Below are positions 56,811 to 64,000 of a stretch of 64,000 nt of DNA, piece after piece (position 1 is the first letter of the stretch; every line of letters begins with the position of its first letter). Where the stretch lies: assembly GCF_000281045.1 (NCBI RefSeq), contig NW_008246118.1, forward strand, positions 129,850 to 193,849, read 5' to 3'. A model generated the notes under the pieces. That model was not told the origin of the DNA, did no database searches, and saw only the letters and a list, made by a program, of their open reading frames with translations. The translations under genes and the position numbers were made by a program. The DNA is from Saprolegnia diclina VS20 (Eukaryota).

Positions 56811-58100
56811 TTAGAGGTGGGCGGGGAGGATCTTGCCCTCGCAGTCGCCAAAGCCGATGCGGTAGCCCTGGCCCTGGCAAAAGCCGCGAATGTTGACCGA
56901 GTCGCCGTCCTTGAGGAACTTGCGCGTCTCGCCGTCCGCGATCTGGATCTCGCGGGACCCCTGCCAGCTGAGCTCGAGCAACGAGCCAAAGCTGTCCTGG
57001 GCGACGCCCGAGATGGTACCGCTGCCGAGCAAGTCACCCGGCTGCATGTTGCAACCGGAGACCGTGTGGTGCACGAGCTGCTGCTTGGGGTTCCAGTACA
57101 TGTACTTGTAGTTGCTCTTGGAGATCGTCGCCGCCTTGCCGTGCTCGGGCTTGAGGTCGACTTCGAGCTTGATGTCGTACGTGCCACGGGCGTAGTTGCG
57201 GTCGAGGAGGTACGGAAGCGGCGCCGGGTTCTGCTCCGGGCCAAAGCTCGGCTCGGTGCGGAACGCCTCGAGCGCCGCAAGGGGCACGACCCACGGCGAG
57301 ATCGTGGTCGCAAAGTTCTTGGCGCCAAACGGGCCAAGGGGCACGTACTCCCACTTTTGGATGTCGCGCGCGCTCCAGTCGTTCATGAGCACAAAGCCAA
57401 AGATGTGGTTGTCGGCTTCGTCAATCTTGATCGAGTCGCCGAGCTTGTTGCCCGTACCGACAAAGAAGCCCATCTCGAGCTCAATGTCGAGGATACGGCA
57501 CGGCGAAAAGACCGAGCCCTTGGTCGGGTCGGTGTTGTCGGCCTGGACCTGGCCGCGCGGGCGGCGGATCTCCGTGCCCGAGACAACGACTGACGACGCG
57601 CGGCCGTGGTACCCGACCGGCAAGTGGAGCCAGTTGGGCTGGAGCGCGTTGTCCTTGCCACGGAACATGATGCCAACGTTCGTCGCGTGCTCGCGGCTCG
57701 AGTAAAAGTCCGTGTAGTCGCCGATGCGCGCCGGGAGGTGCATGAGCACGTTGGCCATAGGCACGAGCGCGCGGGCGCGGAGGGCAGCGTCGTCGCGGAG
57801 CGTCGGCGTGTCCTTGAGGAGGAGGTGCTTGATCGTGGCGCGAGCCGCGTCCCACGACGCCTTGCCGAGGCCCATAAACGTGTTGAGCGTCGGCTCGGCA
57901 AAGACCGAGCCGTTGAAGGCCTTGAAGTGGCCCGCGGCGGCGATCACGGCCAAGTCAAGGACAAAGTCGCCAATGGCCACACCCGCGCGCTTCTGCTCGG
58001 GCGCGTCGCGCGTCGAGAAGATGCCGTACGGCAGGTTTTGGATGGGAAAGTCGCTCGTGGGCGCGATCGGGAGGAAGGACTCTTCGTGCGTGGCAGCCAT
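56811..58100 (-). CDS. FAH: Fumarylacetoacetase
   Basis: [76 protein letters not shown]. Confidence 0.97.
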   Translation of the reverse strand: MAATHEESFLPIAPTSDFPIQNLPYGIFSTRDAPEQKRAGVAIGDFVLDLAVIAAAGHFKAFNGSVFAEPTLNTFMGLGKASWDAARATIKHLLLKDTPTLRDDAALRARALVPMANVLMHLPARIGDYTDFYSSREHATNVGIMFRGKDNALQPNWLHLPVGYHGRASSVVVSGTEIRRPRGQVQADNTDPTKGSVFSPCRILDIELEMGFFVGTGNKLGDSIKIDEADNHIFGFVLMNDWSARDIQKWEYVPLGPFGAKNFATTISPWVVPLAALEAFRTEPSFGPEQNPAPLPYLLDRNYARGTYDIKLEVDLKPEHGKAATISKSNYKYMYWNPKQQLVHHTVSGCNMQPGDLLGSGTISGVAQDSFGSLLELSWQGSREIQIADGETRKFLKDGDSVNIRGFCQGQGYRIGFGDCEGKILPAHL

Positions 58101-58220
58101 GGTAGCAGAGGTGGATGGAGTTGGGAGTTGGACGGCGAGGAAGACGAAGCTGGCGACGCCTAAGATCGTAGCGGCAGTGAGAAACGTGGCAACTCGCTGC
58201 ATCGTGGCTTACCTTGGGAT

Positions 58221-58294
58221 GCAATTCCAAAATGAGCGGTCCAAGATGGATTTCCGCCGGTATCCTAAAGGCCATTGGCTAAAAAGGAGCCAAT
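58221..58294 (-). promoter_or_regulatory. Inr/FPR core promoter and CCAAT boxes of FAH
   Basis: Minus strand GCTCATTTTGGAATTGC (58237-58221) matches the oomycete GCTCATTY..WTT consensus. CCAAT/ATTGG at about 58274 and 58290. Confidence 0.65.
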
Positions 58295-58888
58295 GGCATC
58301 GTGCAGACATTGTTCGATTACCCAACTGCAAGTGACTTGTAAACGACACAAATACAAACCGCAAGCTTATTGCGTGCTGCGTTTTCATTGGCTGAAATGA
58401 CGATCGTCAGCGCTGCCATCGCGGAAGATTGCAAATTTGTCGACCGGCGACTCCACGTCACTCGATCACTCAGCAGACAGCTCGAGCACGAGTCTAGTAG
58501 AAACTAGGAGGCGCGCCGCATCCCAGAGAAGACCTTGCATACAACAGTACGAGCGTGCATCGATAGCGCGCTTTTGTTTTATGAAGGTGCTGCGAGAGTA
58601 AGATCTGAGATTCGCCGAGGCCCGAGTATAAAAGTGCACCCAGATCAACTTCAAGATGGAGTGGTCAAGCACGTTGGTCCGAGCAAAGGCCAGCGCTCGA
58701 ACGTGCTTGCCAGCAACTACACTGGCTGCATCACTGCATTTTCGCTTTCATCTCATACGACATTCACAAGAGCTACTAAGCGATCATTGTTCAAGTAGTG
58801 CTAGCTTGATCATCTTGAAGCGACCATCGACATCAAGAGCTAGAAACAGCCTCGGAGACATCCAAATGAGGTTAACAGTAGTGTGTTA

Positions 58889-59983
58889 TCACAGAAAGGA
58901 GCACAAGGCTCGTCGCTGTGCCCAATACTCTTCGTACAGATCGTAGAAAAGAGGAAGGACGTGCGGCTGGCGCTCGATCGCATCCACGTCCATCGTCCAC
59001 GGCTTGATGTACTGGTCCGAGTACGAGAAATGGTGAATGTACGTGTGGTTGACACGGTCCATGAGCGACTTGTAGCCAAAGAGGTACTTGTCCACGTCGT
59101 GCTTGAGATGCGTCGTGAGCACCACGTACTCGGACGGAAGGATGCCGGCCATGTGCTGCCACTCGACGTTGAGAACGTCCATGTCGAAGCGCACCTCGGT
59201 TTCCGTCTCGATCGCGCGCTCGAGCTGCTCAAAGCGCGCATTGTCTGGGTCCACTACGAGCAGCACGGACGTGATGAACGGCTGGAGTTTCTCGAGCCAG
59301 TACGCCCGAGGCGCCCAAAAGATAGCATGTGGCAGGTGGAAGAGCGCGTCGAGGTTCTTCATGATGACCGTGTCCGTGTCGATGTAGATGACGCGGTCGT
59401 ACCCGAGCTCTTGGAAGATGCGCAACTTTGTGAGCGAATCCTTGTAGTAGTCTCCGCCTGTCTTGCGCCGCCAGCGCGCAACGTTCATCGGGCGGACACC
59501 GCCGTCCGTCAGCACCTGGCACGCCTGCGCCGAGACGTCTTCGGTGACCAGCACGACAAGATCAATGAACGTCGGTGTGCCAAGTGCGCGGACTTTCTTG
59601 GCCGCGATGAGCGCGTTGCAGGCTTGGAGGTCGTCTGTCGCGTACAGCATGTAGGCCAGTTTTCGGCCGTTGGGCGACGACACGGATAGAGGAGCCCATG
59701 GCTTGAACCCTGGCGCGTGCGACGCAGGAAGCGTAGTCGCAGGAGGGCGGGTGGGCTGCGGCTTCTCTGCCACTTGCGTCGTCGTTGTCGACACGACGAG
59801 CAAGATGCCGGCGAGAGCCATGACGACGACCGCCGTGAGCCCAAGGACCAAGGTCCCATGCACGGTCGCTGGCGACCGCGGCTGAGCGAGAGATGCGTGA
59901 CCGATACTCTTTCGACCGTCGTGGTCTACGATAAGACCCTCGGCGGCCTCGTCAGATACTGCATCTCCTCGGGTCGGCGTCAT
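58889..59983 (-). CDS. GT8-family glycosyltransferase (GNT1-like), type II membrane protein
   Basis: N-terminal TM, AYMLYAT...CNA, TKLRIF, YIDTD (DxD), APRAYWL, DMDVLN, HHFS..KPW. Confidence 0.88.
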   Translation of the reverse strand: MTPTRGDAVSDEAAEGLIVDHDGRKSIGHASLAQPRSPATVHGTLVLGLTAVVVMALAGILLVVSTTTTQVAEKPQPTRPPATTLPASHAPGFKPWAPLSVSSPNGRKLAYMLYATDDLQACNALIAAKKVRALGTPTFIDLVVLVTEDVSAQACQVLTDGGVRPMNVARWRRKTGGDYYKDSLTKLRIFQELGYDRVIYIDTDTVIMKNLDALFHLPHAIFWAPRAYWLEKLQPFITSVLLVVDPDNARFEQLERAIETETEVRFDMDVLNVEWQHMAGILPSEYVVLTTHLKHDVDKYLFGYKSLMDRVNHTYIHHFSYSDQYIKPWTMDVDAIERQPHVLPLFYDLYEEYWAQRRALCSFL

Positions 59984-60453
59984 AGCAACGCTGAGCAGCT
60001 ACGCCGAGCGGTTCGTCGAGCCGACGTGGCATTGCCGACAGCTGGTTGGGTGCGTGCAGTTTGTTTTAAACTGGTTTTAAACCCAGTTGTTTTGCCGGAT
60101 ATAAGGTCCAATCCGGATGCCACTTGTTCAGGGCGGGACTCGACTCCGAGACCTTGCATCGGCCATCGTGACTTGCTGCCAGCGTTGCGTGACCAGCTGC
60201 GCGAATAGAGTTCGTCTACTGAGTTGACAAAGGCAGTGACGACAAGTGAGGGTATTTGGGTGGTGACGGAGATGAGGGCTAGTGACCTAAAGGCGACTTT
60301 GACTCCAACTGCGATAGTGTAGGATGGCGGGTGTGTATAAATTCAAAAATGTACTCGTCAAATACGGACTTGCATCAACCTCATTGAGACAAGTACTCGT
60401 GGGCCTGTCGTCTCTGCAACGCGGTGGCCATGTAGCGATCCATGGCCGCGCGC

Positions 60454-61506
60454 TTAGATCGTCGCCTCGCAGAAGAAGGAGCCGCCGCCAGTCGGGTTGA
60501 CGGTGAGGACGCAGACGCCGTCCTTGCTAATGGCGCCAGTGATGGTGTAGCGCTTGCGCCCATCCGGGGCGGGCGAGAGACCGCCGTTCTTCCCCGACGG
60601 GTACGGGCAGTCGTTCCACTTGGTGTTGCAGTTCTTGTCGACGCTGATGTTGTAGCAGTAGTTGTCGGCCGCGCCCTTGTTCCACGCGCAAGTACCGGCG
60701 TACGTGCACCACTCGAAGACGTTCTCCTGGACGCCGACCGTGTAGCTGCCGCCGAACGGGCCCATCATCGCCGACTCGCCCTGCTTGAGGTCGCCTCGGC
60801 CGTTGGACGAGAACCACGTCGCGGTCTTGTCCGTGTACTTGCACATCTTGGGGAGGTTGTTGACGATCGAGAGCTTCCCGCCCCAGAGACCCGACCCGTT
60901 GTCGGACGGCGAGCCGCTCGACGGCGACGGCGCCGGCGTGGGGGCAGGCGTAGGCGCAGGCGTCGGTGCCGGGGTCGGCGCAGGCGTGGGAGCCGGCGTG
61001 GGCGCGGGCGTGGGCGCAGGTGTCGGCGCCTCCGTCGTCGGGGCCGGCGTCGGCACTTCAGTGACCGGGACCGTCGTCGGCGCGTCCGTCTTGGTCGCGT
61101 TCTCAGTGCCCGGGAGCACGTTGGTGTCGCCAATCAAGGTCACGTTGGCCGACTCGGGTGTGGCCGTCGTGGTCACCGGGGTGAACGGACTCTCGGTCGG
61201 GACGCTGTCGAGGTGGCCGGTCGAGCCCACCAAGGTTTCGCCGTTGGCGACTGCGGTCGTCGGCTTGGGCGTGGTGGCGAGACCTTCGCCGGTGCTGGCG
61301 TCCGTCGAGCTCGTCGCTGCAAAGGTGACGACACCGACCGCGGCGACGACCGCGAGGCCGCAGCCAGCCATGATGAGCATGCGCTTCTTGCGCTGGAGAT
61401 CGCCATGCTCGTTCTCCTTGTCTTCGAGGCCGCTCGGCGTCAAGTCGTTGTGGCTAATCGAGGGCGACCGCGGCGACGCTTCGCTGGACCGACCAAAGAA
61501 ACCCAT
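60454..61506 (-). CDS. Type II membrane protein with Thr/Pro mucin-like stalk, (PTPA)n repeat and Cys-rich C-terminal domain
   Basis: RKKR followed by a hydrophobic helix, a T/P-rich stalk, 8 tandem PTPA and a terminal ~145-aa domain with 8 Cys. Confidence 0.82.
   Translation of the reverse strand: MGFFGRSSEASPRSPSISHNDLTPSGLEDKENEHGDLQRKKRMLIMAGCGLAVVAAVGVVTFAATSSTDASTGEGLATTPKPTTAVANGETLVGSTGHLDSVPTESPFTPVTTTATPESANVTLIGDTNVLPGTENATKTDAPTTVPVTEVPTPAPTTEAPTPAPTPAPTPAPTPAPTPAPTPAPTPAPTPAPSPSSGSPSDNGSGLWGGKLSIVNNLPKMCKYTDKTATWFSSNGRGDLKQGESAMMGPFGGSYTVGVQENVFEWCTYAGTCAWNKGAADNYCYNISVDKNCNTKWNDCPYPSGKNGGLSPAPDGRKRYTITGAISKDGVCVLTVNPTGGGSFFCEATI
60930..61030 (-). repeat. Coding 12-bp repeat (PTPA)x8
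   Basis: ggcgtgggggca / ggcgtaggcgca / ggcgtcggtgcc type units. Confidence 0.9.
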
Positions 61507-62606
61507 CTTGCAACAGCTCGTCTCGTTGCAAGTTCTCAAATGCTCCGAGACCCGTCCATGTCGCGACGGGAGCCAGCGCGTTACTCTCTGCCGTGACACA
61601 CGGTCGTGCCGAGTTAGCTGCCCACCCATCTTTTACATGTGGAAAAAACAAAAACTGGCGTTTTGTAGTTACGCATTGTACGTTAAGGCTCTTTTCGATT
61701 GTCGGCGCTACCCTACCCGCCATACCAGCCATGGCGCTGCCGGAGTGTATCTCGGTCCAAGATGGCGCCAGCGCCGGACCAACCGCCGCCAGTTCCCCCC
61801 ACCAGCTTAACGATACAACGACCGTGAGTACGAATGCGTGGAAGCTACTGCGTCGACCGCAGCTGCCTCCTTGCGAACGACGACCGTGGCGTTGGGTGCC
61901 TTGATCGGCGAAGGGGACAAACCTACACTGTACTCTGCCGACAGCTGGCGAACGTGTGTGCGAACGTAACATACCGCGTCGACTTGAAGCTGGGCCAAGT
62001 CGTTCGTCGTTCTCGCCGTCGATGGCGGTTTCTCCGACGCTGGGCTGTCCGGGACGAGGAAGAGTAGCACCGGGAGTGCAGGTATCAGTGCACTGGCGTG
62101 CTGCGCGGGCGCGGTCGTGGCATCAGGCAGCGTCGTGCTCTGTAGCGTTAGCATGCACACCTCTACAGGTTGTTCGTGATTGCAACCGAGCGTACACTGT
62201 AGTGGCTTTCGTGTAATGGTCTGCGTTTCTACAAAATCGCAAGGCGCCGGCGAAGCGTCATTGACTGCGGTGGCGCGATCAATGACGCCTCGACTGCGGT
62301 CAACTCGAGTGGTCGGTCATTGGACCTGGTGTTGGAATGGGACCGCGAGGATGAGGATCGGAGGCGACTCAGATCTAGGATGTATCTGCCAAAATACCGT
62401 AGAATTGCACGCCAGTACTGTAGCACCGTTCGGTGATAGTCTTGATCGGATACACCAGCATCCGACTTGGCTGTTTGCCTTTGCCGTTTCCCCGCATACC
62501 GTAATCCAAATTCTCGACTTTTTGTGTTTCTTGTCCAATAACCATTTTATATCTACCGTATATGTACAATGGTATAAACGTGCTGTTGACGTATCGTGGC
62601 CTTCTC

Positions 62607-64000
62607 TTACTTGAGCTTGATGATGTTGTTCTTGAGGATCTTGACGTTGTACACAACGCTGGGCACTTCGGTGAGGTTTCCGTCGAGGATGTGGATGTTG
62701 GCGTCGCCGTCCTGCGCCAGCATAAAGAACTCTTCAGTATCGTCTTCGGCGATCGCTTTGGTCGTGATGGCCTCGCCGCCCGACGGTTCCTTGGCCGACC
62801 GCGTAGACATGGCCGACGCGACCGGCGGTTTGTTGCGCGGCGACTTGACGTGCACTGTGAGCATGCTTCGCTTCTTCACAACGAGATCTTTGGCCGGCAA
62901 GCCAAAGCACGTCAAATGCGACATGTAAAACCACTGGAGCGTGCTCAAGCGGCGCGCACTGATGTAGACGACCGAGCCCGGACCATTCGGCAGCTCGTGC
63001 GGCTCGATGCCCCAGAGAAAATCGCACATCACCGACGTGCTATTGTAAACTGCTTGGCGCGCCAAGCTATTTTTCCGCAGCATTTTCCAATGCGAGAGAT
63101 TCCAAACGTGGTCGTAGACGATGGCAACGAGGATGTTGATCAGGAGCACAGTGATGACGTACGGCGCGACGCGGGCGTAGATGCCGTTGATGACTTCGAC
63201 ACGGATCCCGTCGAGCGGCTCGACCTGGTGGTACAGCTCGTAGTTGTCCGAGTTGTTGTAGTCGATAAAGGACGGGATGTAGAAGAGAAAGAGCCCACTG
63301 AGGTACAACGTCGTGACGCTTGAGAAGTTGAAGAAGCCCATCATGACGCTTTGGCCGTTGTACGAGGCGATGCCGAGAAGGTTCCAGAGCAGCTTGCAGA
63401 GCTTGAGGATGACGAGGTTGAGCCAAAGCAGGCGGAACGAAAGCGAAAAGATCTCAATCGACACGAGCGCTTGCGGCGCCGGCGAGTTGTAGACGCTAAC
63501 ATCGCGGACATATTGCAGACAATTTTGCAAATCCAAAACCACCGAGAGTGTGTACAAGTAGACAAACACGTCCGAGTTGAAGAGCATCATGTCGTAGCTG
63601 AGCGCTTCGGATGGAAAAGGAAAGTACTTGGGCACAACGGTGCGAATGACTTTGGCTAAAAACGAGTCGGGTTTTGCTGGGTCAACCTCAAACCACTGCA
63701 CGGTCCGGCGGCTCGCAATGTACCCGCCAAAGCCGACGAAGATCGCGATGAGCTTGATGATGAGGGACGTAAGAGCAATCGCAGAGTTGATGATCGTAAA
63801 GCCGAGCTTGTACGTCGAGCCCGGCACGAAAGCGCTGGTGGTGACCGTGAGCGTCTTGGTTGCGTCGGTGTAGACCATCGAGAGCTCACACGTCGAGTAG
63901 CCGAGCTCGGCGACCGCGTCGCAGCCGGTGCAGTAGTTGTGCGAGTAGATGCGAAAATACGAGACCACTTGCTTTTGAACCGCCGGCGTATCGACAAGCA
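62607..64000 (-). CDS. Uncharacterised multi-TM family protein, copy 3 (5' part outside window)
   Basis: YFRIYSHNYCTGC..AELG, FVPGSTYKLG, RRTVQWFEVDP, ARRLSTLQWFYMSHLTCFGLP, QDGD..IHILDG. Confidence 0.88.
   Translation of the reverse strand, partial: LVDTPAVQKQVVSYFRIYSHNYCTGCDAVAELGYSTCELSMVYTDATKTLTVTTSAFVPGSTYKLGFTIINSAIALTSLIIKLIAIFVGFGGYIASRRTVQWFEVDPAKPDSFLAKVIRTVVPKYFPFPSEALSYDMMLFNSDVFVYLYTLSVVLDLQNCLQYVRDVSVYNSPAPQALVSIEIFSLSFRLLWLNLVILKLCKLLWNLLGIASYNGQSVMMGFFNFSSVTTLYLSGLFLFYIPSFIDYNNSDNYELYHQVEPLDGIRVEVINGIYARVAPYVITVLLINILVAIVYDHVWNLSHWKMLRKNSLARQAVYNSTSVMCDFLWGIEPHELPNGPGSVVYISARRLSTLQWFYMSHLTCFGLPAKDLVVKKRSMLTVHVKSPRNKPPVASAMSTRSAKEPSGGEAITTKAIAEDDTEEFFMLAQDGDANIHILDGNLTEVPSVVYNVKILKNNIIKLK

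Overview
Gene-dense, GC-rich eukaryotic DNA with many very short (about 35-55 nt) GT-AG introns, CCAAT boxes and oomycete-type Inr/FPR core promoters. Gene content (M96-like, GH72, PAS-MAPK, EF-hand NADPH oxidase, flagellar proteins) points to an oomycete, probably Saprolegniales; this is inference. About 30 protein-coding genes are supportable: MLF-like protein, glyoxalase II, CEP19, a GBP-like pseudo-GTPase fused to PH, a DIX-domain protein, WNK kinase, F-BAR protein, a BICD-like CC1-box coiled coil, GH72, a MORN-like protein, M96-like protein, NOX5/Rboh-like oxidase, a multi-PH protein, SDS22, a PUB protein, CFAP210, an IQ/WW/B-box protein, a PH-PX-permuted-papain protein, a PAS-MAPK with a TEH loop, a His-motif membrane protein, a ZIP transporter, eL42, fumarylacetoacetase, GT8 and a PTPA-stalk surface protein. 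There is also a local expansion of an uncharacterised multi-TM family (3 apparently intact copies and 1 pseudogene fragment). The most notable items are that family, the pseudo-GBP-PH fusion, the DIX adaptor and a FAH 5' intron hiding an in-frame hydrophobic leader. No rRNA, tRNA or CRISPR array was found. All family calls come from motif recognition by eye, not database searches, and intron boundaries are manual predictions.
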